Of a DNA stretch of 64,000 nt, positions 1 through 10,000 are shown piece after piece. Position 1 is the first letter of the stretch, and every line of letters starts with the position of its first letter. The stretch spans positions 3,965,174 to 4,029,173 of the forward strand of contig OZ240209.1 of the NCBI GenBank assembly GCA_965197465.1, in the 5' to 3' direction. The translations under genes and the position numbers were made by a program. The notes below the pieces were generated by a model that saw nothing but the letters and a program-made list of their open reading frames with translations, was not told the origin of the DNA and searched no databases. This DNA is from Candidatus Poribacteria bacterium (GTDB taxonomy: Bacteria; Poribacteria; WGA-4E; JAJDTR01).

Positions 1-2
1 AG

Positions 3-251
3 ACTATAGAGTGGCTTGAACGGAAGCGCAAGGATTTTATTGAGTTTCTGCGAGAAAGGTACGCCGATGGTACGGCGCTCACTGCAGCGTGGGGGGAGAA
101 CCGATTGAACTTTGATGACGTTCGTTTTCCCTCTCGGAACAATCGGACGTTTAAGCAGGCAAACGATGTAAAGAAGGGAGATATTACCAGTTTCTGGGAA
201 TCTACCGACACTGAACCCATCATTGAAGCAGAGGAGGACGACAATGAGTAG
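3..251 (+). CDS. C-terminal 82-codon fragment of a gene that begins upstream of the window; by position probably a cas gene such as the large subunit
   Basis: Frame 3 is open from the window edge to TAG at 249-251. It overlaps the downstream Cas7 ATG (244) by 8 nt, which is typical operon coupling. No recognisable motif in the fragment. Confidence 0.35.
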   Translation, partial: TIEWLERKRKDFIEFLRERYADGTALTAAWGENRLNFDDVRFPSRNNRTFKQANDVKKGDITSFWESTDTEPIIEAEEDDNE

Positions 252-1176
252 CTTAGACCTTTTGAAACCTTTCACTATTGAGAAACCGCAACCTCTCATC
301 GGTGCAAAGACGATACAAATTGTTTTGATGCGTGAGATTTTAGATTACACAGTCCTCCGCACAGAAGACACTCGTGAACTCAACACCGTCGCCACACCGT
401 TGTCACTCAGTCAATACGATACCACCATGCGCGTTGCATTTCTGGCAACAAAGCAGAAGGCGGCGGAATCACGACAGTTGGAGCAACTCCTGCGGACAGG
501 AACAGCTGAAGTAGAGATGTCAGTAACGGAATGCTACTTGAAAGACAAGCTCTGTCTCGAATGCCCGCGCTGTACCTTATTTGGCGCGACAAGCACAGAA
601 TCTGGGCGTGCAGATCGAGCCAACATCAAGCACCGCATTGAGTATTCAACAGCGTTTTCCTTGCTTCCATTTGAGGACATTGAATCCACAACGACGTTCA
701 ACGCAATTAACGACCTCAACCAAACGACCGGACAAGCATTAGGTAGCCGCTACGCTGTCGCACCTGCAAACGTATTTCCAAGTATCGTCAGCTTGCGGAG
801 CGCGACGCTCGCCGAGGTGATTTTGACCATTAAAACATTGTTGGCAAGCAAAAGTTACGGCGCAGAATCCCGAATCGGCGGAGATGTCCGTAACTCTGTT
901 TTCGGTATCATTGGTGGTTGGGAGGAAATTATCACGCCGCTTGAACTCACCCTTGAACTCTATGACCAACGCGACAACTTGGATGGAGATACCTGCAAGA
1001 CGATTGCTGAGAAATATGAACCGTTGACAGGTAATCCTGACCGTGTGGCTATTTTCTCACCCGATGAGGTGGATGCAATCGTCAAAGCTGCCGCGGACAC
1101 ACCGCTCGATAAATCGTTATTGACAACAGCTTACAACGATGCTAAAGCCTACGTTGAAGCCCAACAGAAGAAATGA
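244..1176 (+). CDS. cas7: Cas7-family backbone subunit (Csc2/Csa2-like) with a C-x6-C-x2-C-x2-C zinc-finger insertion
   Basis: 311 aa, first gene of a cas7-cas5-cas3' block. The cysteine cluster CYLKDKLCLECPRC is followed by a G-rich loop LFGATSTESG typical of Cas7 RRM proteins. It is translationally coupled to its neighbours. The ATG at 244 is preferred over the TTG at 223 given in the ORF track. Confidence 0.6.
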   Translation: MSSLDLLKPFTIEKPQPLIGAKTIQIVLMREILDYTVLRTEDTRELNTVATPLSLSQYDTTMRVAFLATKQKAAESRQLEQLLRTGTAEVEMSVTECYLKDKLCLECPRCTLFGATSTESGRADRANIKHRIEYSTAFSLLPFEDIESTTTFNAINDLNQTTGQALGSRYAVAPANVFPSIVSLRSATLAEVILTIKTLLASKSYGAESRIGGDVRNSVFGIIGGWEEIITPLELTLELYDQRDNLDGDTCKTIAEKYEPLTGNPDRVAIFSPDEVDAIVKAAADTPLDKSLLTTAYNDAKAYVEAQQKK

Positions 1177-1184
1177 GCGTCCAA

Positions 1185-1215
1185 GAAACCGAGTTTCTTA
1201 AAAAACTCGGTTTCT
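1185..1215 (+). promoter_or_regulatory. Perfect 11-bp-arm palindrome GAAACCGAGTT-N8-AACTCGGTTTC between cas7 and cas5. A second copy lies at 4527-4558 just upstream of the cas1 RBS.
   Basis: Both arms are identical at the two sites. No U-tract follows, so it looks more like a dimeric-regulator operator or RNA processing hairpin than an intrinsic terminator. A half-site recurs at 28054-28064. Confidence 0.4.
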
Positions 1216-1242
1216 CCACATATCACCAAGCGAGGTGACAAC

Positions 1243-1998
1243 ATGGCAAACACAATTCGGCTTTATGAACATGGTGTGCGCGTGTTCGCGGGACGACTGT
1301 ACAACCACGATTACCTTTGGTTCTCATCCAACGAAATCAGCAAGGTTTCGATAACCCAACCCGTCCTGCACAATTACGCACTCTGTTATGCAATCTCGCA
1401 GCGCTCCTACGGGGCTTATCTCGGTTCAACGCCAAAGTATGTTGAAGATCCGGATGGTGAATTCAATGCGATGCCGCTCTACGCAACGCCGGCGCACGCG
1501 GACCATCCCGAGCACATATCGCGCACGACCATCACTTTCAATGCCGTTGATTCACGTACACTGACAACGGGTGATAGCAAAACAATGAATACCCCGAATT
1601 TGGGTAAACGAGTCTACATTGATCCTGTGTGGGAACCAATGGCGATAGAACGTCCGGAAAAAGGCTATCAATTCTACGTTTTCACATTCGACAGCTATCG
1701 CCCACTAGGGGTAACACGGCTTGGTAAGAAAGGGGCTTCAATGCGCATTCGGTGGGAAGAAGTACCTCAACCTATTGCGTTCTTCCGTGAAGGCGAACAA
1801 AGCCCAACACACCCAATTAACCCTTTGGATATCAACGGACATCTCGTCAGCTACGATCCCGTGATGATTCCGCCACATCTATTGTTTCGGACAGCAACGC
1901 TTACCGAAGATTGGTGGCTATTCTTTAGTGCCGGCAGAGCCCGGCATACCATACACCTCCCCAAACGTGTTTTGAACCGAATTGGAGGGGTATCATGA
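1243..1998 (+). CDS. cas5: Cas5-family subunit (Csc1/Cas5-like)
   Basis: 251 aa, directly after cas7, with GAGGTGA RBS at 1231-1237. Its stop overlaps the cas3' start (ATGA at 1995-1998). Size and position match Cas5. Sequence is only weakly diagnostic by eye. Confidence 0.5.
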   Translation: MANTIRLYEHGVRVFAGRLYNHDYLWFSSNEISKVSITQPVLHNYALCYAISQRSYGAYLGSTPKYVEDPDGEFNAMPLYATPAHADHPEHISRTTITFNAVDSRTLTTGDSKTMNTPNLGKRVYIDPVWEPMAIERPEKGYQFYVFTFDSYRPLGVTRLGKKGASMRIRWEEVPQPIAFFREGEQSPTHPINPLDINGHLVSYDPVMIPPHLLFRTATLTEDWWLFFSAGRARHTIHLPKRVLNRIGGVS

Positions 1999-4019
1999 GA
2001 ATCCAGGGCTACTCTTATGAACAAGTCACTGTAGAAGATGTGCAAACCCATCTTTATCCACATCAAGCCGCCATGTACAACGAATGGTCCAATCACACCG
2101 GATTCCTACTCGTGACCAAAACAGGGAGTGGCAAAACACGGGCGACAGCGTTACCCGTACTGAAAAACCATGAATCTGCTGTTTTTGTCTACCCCACAAA
2201 CGCGCTGATTCAAAATCAATCACGGGCTATTCAGCAATTGATGGATGACGAGGGAATAACATATCGGGCGCGGACGCCGGAAACAGCAAACGAAAGGGTG
2301 GGAACTGAAGAATATGAAATCGTTCAAATTAGCTCCCTGACGCTCGCAGCATTTGCAAAGGCGTGGAGAATGGGTGAAAAGCAAAAAGGGGACGCATTGA
2401 TAAAACTAATTGGTCAAGAGAAACGTAAAATTGTATTGATTAACCCCGATATTCTTTATCTTCTGTACTCTTTGCGCTACCGTGGCAGTCCAGAAGTTTT
2501 GTCACATTTTCAAGCATATAAGACCATTGTATTTGACGAATTTCATCTCTACAACGGAGTTGAACTAGCCCACGCGCTTTTCCTCATTTTTTGGGCACAA
2601 CGTATGGGTGCATTCCAACGGGTTGTGTTGCTCTCTGCCACTCCGAATGAAGAGGTCAAAACCTATCTAGATCGACTGCTCAGCCCACTTGTCATTGATG
2701 CTGATGTAACAGTCCCACAACCTATCTGTGGCGAGCGCACGGTCGCCCATGATGTAGAACTCAATGCCTTGCCGGTTGCTCGGGATGTCGTCGAAACAGC
2801 ACAATCAAAGGTCCTTGAACTTCAGAGCAAACTATACCAACTCCAAGCAGAAAACCAAGAAGCAAGCAACACAGAAGATTATGTGCCTTGTGTCGTTATC
2901 CTCAATTCGGTCGTCAACGCCATCGCGCTGGAAGACGCTCTCGTTGAGGCGGGGATACCACGTACAGAAATCGCACCAATTCGCGGGCTTTCAGCACGGA
3001 GTAGTCGAGACGTGAGAGGCAGGATGCTTGTCATCGGTACCGCGGCAATCGAAGTTGGAATCGACTTCAAAACTGACTATCTGATTTTTGAGGCGGGCAA
3101 CCACGCATCGTTCATACAGCGATTTGGACGGCTTGGAAGACATAGCATCGGACAGGCGTTCCTACTCGCTACTCCGCGTGAATGTGAAGCGGTAAAATCA
3201 CTTGGAAATGATATTTCCCGGGACGCTCTAGAGGAGGGTGTCAAAACCATCTATCCCGGACAGGATGCGAAGGGATGGTTTGTTGATACGCTTTGCGGGG
3301 CGTTTACGATACTCGCCCAAGCCGAGAACTTTCGCAGTAGGATTATCGACGATTGGTCTGCTGATGAAACGGTGAAAACTGAAATTGAAACATGGCTAGA
3401 TGCTGCTCTGACAGACTATGCAACAAAGATGCGTCTAACTCAGATGAAACGTGCTCGCTTGAAACTTCGACGTAATCCCACGTGGTTTGAACATTACAAA
3501 GCATTGGACTCATTTCGGACATCGTTACCAAGCATTGAAGTTTGGGATGCACGCGAAAAATTTGAACGCGGGCGAGAACCGTACTACACCGTAGATTTGA
3601 AAACACTTTTAACACGTACGACGGTTCACTGGTCCGAAAAGTATCAGCGAATGGAAGTGAAAAAAGGCTACGATAAATGGCATCAGGTTAATCTGCTAAA
3701 GTCGTTTGATGATGAACATGAGGATGAATGTTGTGGCATGTTTCGGACAACTGCTGATTATCCGAACGGAGAGATGCAATTCATGCAAGAAGGTCATTTG
3801 ACATCGGTCTCACATGTGATGGCAAAACAGAAGTACAAAGAACGTGTTACCGGCCATCTGTTTGTTCTCGCACCGGAAGATTTACGCTACTACTTGGACT
3901 GGCGACTAGCGTGGTTTAGATGCGGATCGCGTGGGAAATTCATCATTGCATTTGATGGGGACGCGCTTTTACTGAAAGCAATCTACGATCGAACAGTGAA
4001 AATGAGAGACGGTACGTAA
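1995..4019 (+). CDS. cas3: Cas3' superfamily-2 helicase, helicase-only with no HD nuclease domain
   Basis: Walker A TKTGSGKTRA sits near the N-terminus, so there is no room for an N-terminal HD. DExH box is VFDEFH. Motif VI is QRFGRLGR. 674 aa. Confidence 0.85.
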   Translation: MRIQGYSYEQVTVEDVQTHLYPHQAAMYNEWSNHTGFLLVTKTGSGKTRATALPVLKNHESAVFVYPTNALIQNQSRAIQQLMDDEGITYRARTPETANERVGTEEYEIVQISSLTLAAFAKAWRMGEKQKGDALIKLIGQEKRKIVLINPDILYLLYSLRYRGSPEVLSHFQAYKTIVFDEFHLYNGVELAHALFLIFWAQRMGAFQRVVLLSATPNEEVKTYLDRLLSPLVIDADVTVPQPICGERTVAHDVELNALPVARDVVETAQSKVLELQSKLYQLQAENQEASNTEDYVPCVVILNSVVNAIALEDALVEAGIPRTEIAPIRGLSARSSRDVRGRMLVIGTAAIEVGIDFKTDYLIFEAGNHASFIQRFGRLGRHSIGQAFLLATPRECEAVKSLGNDISRDALEEGVKTIYPGQDAKGWFVDTLCGAFTILAQAENFRSRIIDDWSADETVKTEIETWLDAALTDYATKMRLTQMKRARLKLRRNPTWFEHYKALDSFRTSLPSIEVWDAREKFERGREPYYTVDLKTLLTRTTVHWSEKYQRMEVKKGYDKWHQVNLLKSFDDEHEDECCGMFRTTADYPNGEMQFMQEGHLTSVSHVMAKQKYKERVTGHLFVLAPEDLRYYLDWRLAWFRCGSRGKFIIAFDGDALLLKAIYDRTVKMRDGT

Positions 4020-4049
4020 ACGTCCAATGAACTTTGACTGATTCACCTC

Positions 4050-4373
4050 CTAACGCTGCGCTTCCATATACGCACGCAAAACGGCGTTCATGCCGGTCTC
4101 GTCGCCTTGGCCGTGGGAGTTGAACCACACGAGCACGTAGCTATCGACGCGAAGCGAGATGGCGTGTTTGGGTTGGGGTATCACGACGTGGGCATCTTTC
4201 CAGAATGCTTCATCGGTGGGTTGGGCGTCGGGGTCCGCTGCCGCTGCCGCATCAATCTCTGCCTCGGTCATAGTCGCGACCTGCTCCCAATCTGTTTGTG
4301 TGTCTTTCGGGAGGTTATCAAGCGAAAATCTCACGGTATGTTCTTCCTTCACGGCGGTTTGCCTTGTCGCCAA
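4050..4373 (-). CDS. BrnA-family (COG3514) type II antitoxin-like protein with no cognate BrnT, encoded antisense inside the cas operon
   Basis: The C-terminal half matches the BrnA signature: TDWEQVATMTEAEIDAAAAADPDAQPTDEAFW...ISLRVDSYVLVWFNSHGQGDETGMNAVLRAYMEA. Start is TTG. No RelE/BrnT-like ORF is found in any frame within the 150 nt upstream. Confidence 0.6.
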   Translation of the reverse strand: MATRQTAVKEEHTVRFSLDNLPKDTQTDWEQVATMTEAEIDAAAAADPDAQPTDEAFWKDAHVVIPQPKHAISLRVDSYVLVWFNSHGQGDETGMNAVLRAYMEAQR

Positions 4374-4526
4374 GGTAGATTATTTGGGGGTCCTCTGAAT
4401 CAACCTTTATCTCGGAGAGGACTTCACTGTAGGAGCGATCTCCAGGTCGCGATTCCCTACTAAAGTATACCTGAAATTCAAGGCTCACGCAAGAATTTAG
4501 ACTACCCCGTATAGTTATCTCTTAAA

Positions 4527-4558
4527 GAAACCGAGTTTTGGGGAAAAAACTCGGTTTC
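4527..4558 (+). promoter_or_regulatory. Second copy of the GAAACCGAGTT/AACTCGGTTTC palindrome, between the brnA-like gene and cas1
   Basis: Same arms as at 1185-1215. The spacer is TTGGGGAAAA. It ends 23 nt before the cas1 RBS. Confidence 0.4.
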
Positions 4559-4592
4559 GTTGAACGTCCGTTACTCTTGCAGGAGGAAGAAA

Positions 4593-5696
4593 ATGAACCA
4601 ACTCACCATCTCCGACTACGGCACATCTCTCGGCAAACGCTCGGAGCGCGTCAGCGTGCGATACCGCGGGGTGGAGCGGGAGAAGGAGGAGCACGCCCTC
4701 ATGGATCTGGATCAGATTGTCATCGCTTCGCGCGGGGTTAGTCTGTCGTCGGATTTGATTGAGGCGTGCACCGAACGCGGGATCGAAATCTCGTTTCTCA
4801 GCTTCAGCGGCAAACCGTATGCGAAACTCAACAGCCCTTCGTTGACGGCGACGGTCATTTCTCGGCGCGAGCAACTCGCCGCGTACCACGATGAGCGCGG
4901 GGTAGAGATTGCCAAACGGTTCGCGGCGGGTAAGTTACGGAATCAGATAAACCTGGTACGCTATTTCGGCAAGTACCGCAAGAAAAGCGCACCCAAGAGA
5001 TACGATGAACTGACGGAGCGGGTTACCAAGATTGAGGGACTGATGGACGATATTCAGGCTCTCCAAGCGCCAAACGTTGAATGGAACGGAGAATCGCCGA
5101 TTGATGCCGTCCGTACCACCTTGCTCAACTTAGAGGGCCGCGCCGGGGCGCTCTACTGGGAGTGCGTGCAACGGCTGCTGCCCGCCGGGCGATTCACGAC
5201 GCGGAATCATCAGGGCGCGACGGATGATGTCAACGCACTGCTCAACTACGGCTACGGGATGCTCTACTCTCAGGTCTGGAGCGCGCTCGGGCTGGCTGGA
5301 CTGGAACCGTTTGCGGGTTTTCTGCACGTCGATCGCCCGGGCAAACCGTCGCTGGTGTTGGATTTTATCGAGGAGTTCCGTCAGCCGATTGTTGACCGGG
5401 TCGTGTTTGCGATGATTAACAAGAAATTCAAGGTCGAGTGGGAGGAGCCGGATGACGACGCCGCCAAATCCGCGCACCAGTCCGCAAACGCGGAGGCAGA
5501 CGTGGGTACGCAACGCTATCTGAGCAAAAGCACGCGGCGCGCGTTTGCCGATCGGGTGCTGGAGCGCCTTCAGGAGACGGAGCGGTTCGAACGCAAAGAC
5601 CAGAAGTTGTGCAACATCATCCAGATTCAAGCGCGTCATCTGGCGATGTTCCTGCGCCGCGAACGGGATTATCAGCCATTTGTCTCTAGTTGGTGA
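4593..5696 (+). CDS. cas1: Cas1 integrase
   Basis: Cas1 hallmark NALLNYGYGMLYSQVWSALGLAGLEPFAGFLH...SLVLDFIEEFRQPIVD. AGGAGGA RBS at 4581-4587. The ATG at 4593 is preferred over the upstream start in the track. Confidence 0.9.
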   Translation: MNQLTISDYGTSLGKRSERVSVRYRGVEREKEEHALMDLDQIVIASRGVSLSSDLIEACTERGIEISFLSFSGKPYAKLNSPSLTATVISRREQLAAYHDERGVEIAKRFAAGKLRNQINLVRYFGKYRKKSAPKRYDELTERVTKIEGLMDDIQALQAPNVEWNGESPIDAVRTTLLNLEGRAGALYWECVQRLLPAGRFTTRNHQGATDDVNALLNYGYGMLYSQVWSALGLAGLEPFAGFLHVDRPGKPSLVLDFIEEFRQPIVDRVVFAMINKKFKVEWEEPDDDAAKSAHQSANAEADVGTQRYLSKSTRRAFADRVLERLQETERFERKDQKLCNIIQIQARHLAMFLRRERDYQPFVSSW

Positions 5697-5773
5697 ATTG
5701 ACATGCACACCTACGTCATTTACCTTCAAACGCCCGTAGGAGGGGCATCTTGCCCCGAGTTTCCACAATTGAC

Positions 5774-6025
5774 ATGCACACATACGTGATTTACGACATC
5801 GTCGAAGACCGAATCCGCAAGAAGATCGCCGATGTCTGCCTCGACTACGGCTTGAAGCGCATCCAATACAGCGCCTACTTGGGGGATATCAACACCACGC
5901 GGCGGCGGGCGTTGGATGCAAAACTAACGCAGGAATTTGGCGAAGCGGAGGGAAAGATTGAAGTCCTCTCCGTGTGTGCGAAAGATTTCGACCAACGCAC
6001 CATTATCGGGGATGCTGAAAGATGA
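5774..6025 (+). CDS. cas2: Cas2
   Basis: 83 aa. MHTYVIYDIVEDRIRKKIADVCLDYGLKRIQYSAYL matches the Cas2 N-terminal beta1-alpha1 pattern. Its stop overlaps the cas4 ATG (ATGA). Confidence 0.75.
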   Translation: MHTYVIYDIVEDRIRKKIADVCLDYGLKRIQYSAYLGDINTTRRRALDAKLTQEFGEAEGKIEVLSVCAKDFDQRTIIGDAER

Positions 6026-6594
6026 ATATACGGGTCAGCGACATCAAACAGTACTTCTACTGTCCGCGGGTGGTCTACCACACCTACTTCACGCCGGTGC
6101 ACCGTCCGACGACGCACCCGATGCAGCTCGGCGCTGTTGAACACGAAGTGTTAAGTGTCCTTGAACGCCGTCGAACCCTTGCCCGCTACGGACTTGAGGC
6201 TGGCAGTCGCAAGTTCCATGTCTCACTCCACGCCCCGGATCTCGGATTAACTGGCGTGCTCGACCTGCTTATTGAAACCGAAACTGGCGCGTTTCCCGTC
6301 GAGTTCAAGAGCACGAGACAACGGCTGGACCTGAACGCAAAGTGCCAGTTGACAGCATACGCGATGATGGTGGAGGAGTGCCTGGGTGTCGCCGTGACTC
6401 AAGGGTTTATCTACCGGATTCCCACGGAACGAATCACGCCGGTAACGATTTCAGAGTCGCTCCGCGAGAAAACGCGGAACGCTCTCCGGGACATCCGACG
6501 AATGTTGTCGGACGAGTGGATGCCTCCGCCGACTCCGCAGCGCGGGAAATGCGTCGAATGCGAATTTCGGCGATTCTGCGCGGATGTGTTGTGA
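6022..6594 (+). CDS. cas4: Cas4 RecB-like nuclease with a 4-Cys Fe-S cluster
   Basis: N-terminal YCPRVVYH Cys plus C-terminal C-x2-C-x5-C (CVECEFRRFC). Nuclease motif LDLLIETETGAFPVEFKST (D-x-E-x-K). It is adjacent to the array leader. Confidence 0.85.
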   Translation: MNIRVSDIKQYFYCPRVVYHTYFTPVHRPTTHPMQLGAVEHEVLSVLERRRTLARYGLEAGSRKFHVSLHAPDLGLTGVLDLLIETETGAFPVEFKSTRQRLDLNAKCQLTAYAMMVEECLGVAVTQGFIYRIPTERITPVTISESLREKTRNALRDIRRMLSDEWMPPPTPQRGKCVECEFRRFCADVL

Positions 6595-7011
6595 GGCAGC
6601 CAACTAAAATCGTTGCGTTTCGCAAATCCGTTTTCTGCGGAAAAAGTGGGTCAATTTGCGAAATCTTTGTAAAAAGCCTGAAACGCTGGTGAGACGCGGG
6701 ATGCGCCTCTCTGCCCGTGGACAATCGTGGACTTTACAGAAGGGACGGCGTCGCATTTCAGATGGATCTCAACCCGATTTGCGATAGGCTAGGTCGAGGT
6801 TCCGTGTGCCCCGAGCGATGTTCGGGGACAAACTAACGATTTTCGAATATCCACACGTAAATCCCCCAAACACTGATGAACACTGAATATGTGGCGCCCG
6901 CTCCGTTTGAAATTGACAGGGCAACGCCGATGTGTCAAAATTATAAACATGGCGTACAAACGCAGGTTTCTACTATGTTTAGACCCGTTTCGGCTACTGA
7001 TTAGGAGGTCG
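6595..7011 (+). promoter_or_regulatory. CRISPR leader
   Basis: 417-bp non-coding stretch between the cas4 stop and the first repeat. The array's degenerate repeat is at the opposite end, so this is the leader side. Confidence 0.5.
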
Positions 7012-10000
7012 GTAGCAGTGAGTGCCGCGATGAAAAGCGGACTGAAAGCGCTCCACTGTCTCACCCCTCCGAAACCTCAACCAGTAGCAGTGAGTGCCGC
7101 GATGAAAAGCGGACTGAAAGCCTATGTACCCACCGCCACATAACGTAGTCCTCGCGTAGCAGTGAGTGCCGCGATGAAAAGCGGACTGAAAGCCGTCTCT
7201 CGGTTCATTAAATCTTCGGCATGGGTCAGTAGCAGTGAGTGCCGCGATGAAAAGCGGACTGAAAGTCACTAACAAGTCTTCGTTGAAACAACCGTTGAGA
7301 GTAGCAGTGAGTGCCGCGATGAAAAGCGGACTGAAAGAACTCACCGAAACACGGGACATCTATGTTGAAGTTGTAGCAGTGAGTGCCGCGATGAAAAGCG
7401 GACTGAAAGAGATGTCACGTCTGGTATGGACGTGGGAATGATATAGTAGCAGTGAGTGCCGCGATGAAAAGCGGACTGAAAGCGGACGCATTTCGTGCAT
7501 TCGTACAACAACGTCATGTAGCAGTGAGTGCCGCGATGAAAAGCGGACTGAAAGACGCCCACCGACCTCGCCGTTGAGATTAGCCAGAAAGTAGCAGTGA
7601 GTGCCGCGATGAAAAGCGGACTGAAAGTTAACCAGAACCGCCTAGGCGACGCCCGCGCAGAGTAGCAGTGAGTGCCGCGATGAAAAGCGGACTGAAAGTC
7701 CGAGCAACGACACACCGGACACTCAAATCCTATTGTAGCAGTGAGTGCCGCGATGAAAAGCGGACTGAAAGAGAAAACGATAATCATTACAACATCGCCG
7801 TTTTTAGTAGCAGTGAGTGCCGCGATGAAAAGCGGACTGAAAGAGTTTTCAAAAGCAATTAACTCCACATCCAGCGGCCTAGTAGCAGTGAGTGCCGCGA
7901 TGAAAAGCGGACTGAAAGTCTGACCGAACCGCAGCGCAACCTGTTTCGGACTGTAGCAGTGAGTGCCGCGATGAAAAGCGGACTGAAAGTGGCGCATGTT
8001 GAAAGCCGGCTACCGAACACGATTACGTAGCAGTGAGTGCCGCGATGAAAAGCGGACTGAAAGGTTGGCGTCCATACCGCCCATAATAGCCCCAATCTAA
8101 GTAGCAGTGAGTGCCGCGATGAAAAGCGGACTGAAAGCGCCCAGCGCTTCGGCGTCCACACCGGTTTGCAGTAGTAGCAGTGAGTGCCGCGATGAAAAGC
8201 GGACTGAAAGTCCGTGCCCCCGGCTGACCATGACACACCGGCGGCGTAGCAGTGAGTGCCGCGATGAAAAGCGGACTGAAAGGAGGATAAATCGAAACTG
8301 GAGGATAAGGCATATAAAGTAGCAGTGAGTGCCGCGATGAAAAGCGGACTGAAAGGCGCGCGCCGCCAAAACAGTGCCGCTGCGTTAATGTAGCAGTGAG
8401 TGCCGCGATGAAAAGCGGACTGAAAGGCTATACCAACTGATCCGCAGTTGGTTGAATCAGGGTAGCAGTGAGTGCCGCGATGAAAAGCGGACTGAAAGCG
8501 TCTACATGGATATCGGCAAGGATTACACGGGTTGTAGCAGTGAGTGCCGCGATGAAAAGCGGACTGAAAGCTAGGCTGTTGAACCCGTTCTTTTCCTCTC
8601 CACCGTAGCAGTGAGTGCCGCGATGAAAAGCGGACTGAAAGATCAACCAATCGACACTGACCGCCATCTACAGCGCGGGTAGCAGTGAGTGCCGCGATGA
8701 AAAGCGGACTGAAAGATTTCCGCGCGAGACGCCTTCATCTCTTTCAGCACTGTAGCAGTGAGTGCCGCGATGAAAAGCGGACTGAAAGCTTCTATGCTTG
8801 TCGTATAACCGTTTCCGTAGCTATGGTAGCAGTGAGTGCCGCGATGAAAAGCGGACTGAAAGCCCTCCGGGTCGTCCGGGTCGGCAATGCCGCCGTAGTA
8901 GCAGTGAGTGCCGCGATGAAAAGCGGACTGAAAGACTCGCCAGTGTGTTCATGCGGCAATCCAAGGCATGGTAGCAGTGAGTGCCGCGATGAAAAGCGGA
9001 CTGAAAGCCGTCTATAGATTAGCGAGCAGCTCCTCGAGGAAACGACCGGTAGCAGTGAGTGCCGCGATGAAAAGCGGACTGAAAGTTCTACAACACGAGT
9101 CCTGACACTTCGCTGATTTGCGTAGCAGTGAGTGCCGCGATGAAAAGCGGACTGAAAGACCCCGTCGGGGGGATTCACCGAGACGCGTTACGCGGAGTAG
9201 CAGTGAGTGCCGCGATGAAAAGCGGACTGAAAGGCGGTCACGCGCATTCAGATATGTTCTCACTTCGGTGTAGCAGTGAGTGCCGCGATGAAAAGCGGAC
9301 TGAAAGGCGTGTTGAATCCACTGTCAATCCCGATGCCGGAGTAGCAGTGAGTGCCGCGATGAAAAGCGGACTGAAAGATGCAGCTTGGGCATGTGCAGAC
9401 CCAGGAGTTCAGGTAGCAGTGAGTGCCGCGATGAAAAGCGGACTGAAAGACGAATACAGTATACAGGAGAGGGGCTTCAAGCACGTGTAGCAGTGAGTGC
9501 CGCGATGAAAAGCGGACTGAAAGCCGAGCTAGTTACAGTTGCCGATCAGATGAGTGCCATGTAGCAGTGAGTGCCGCGATGAAAAGCGGACTGAAAGCCT
9601 AAATGTCACACCCTCAGAAGTTTGTCTTGGTAGGTAGCAGTGAGTGCCGCGATGAAAAGCGGACTGAAAGTCCATCATCGTAGCCTTTAACCGATACTAC
9701 CCCGCTGTAGCAGTGAGTGCCGCGATGAAAAGCGGACTGAAAGTAATTCCTGTATGTCTTGATTCATTCTATCTCCCTAGTAGCAGTGAGTGCCGCGATG
9801 AAAAGCGGACTGAAAGTGCTACGAATATCATGTGCTATTCCTTTGGCATTTAGTAGCAGTGAGTGCCGCGATGAAAAGCGGACTGAAAGTAAAGTATATG
9901 TGAACATACCGCCTACATACATTGTAGCAGTGAGTGCCGCGATGAAAAGCGGACTGAAAGGTCGAAGTGCGCTGGGGAGTCATCGCCAAGTTTACCGTAG

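Noticed and set aside
4107-4463. Plus-strand ORFs (118 and 79 aa) overlapping the BrnA-like gene.
   Set aside because: They are antisense to a protein with a clear family signature. They have low-complexity, Gly/Cys-rich composition and no RBS.
4374-4520. Possible BrnT toxin gene upstream of brnA on the minus strand.
   Set aside because: All three minus-strand frames were translated by hand. Two are riddled with stops. The open one (EITIRGSLNSCVSLEFQVYFSRESRPGDRSYSEVLSEIKVDSEDPQIIYL...) has no start codon and no BrnT/RelE motifs.
5130-5783. 217-aa minus-strand ORF antisense to cas1.
   Set aside because: It is fully contained in the Cas1 coding region on the opposite strand. Its Arg-rich composition is typical of antisense ORFs in GC-rich coding DNA.
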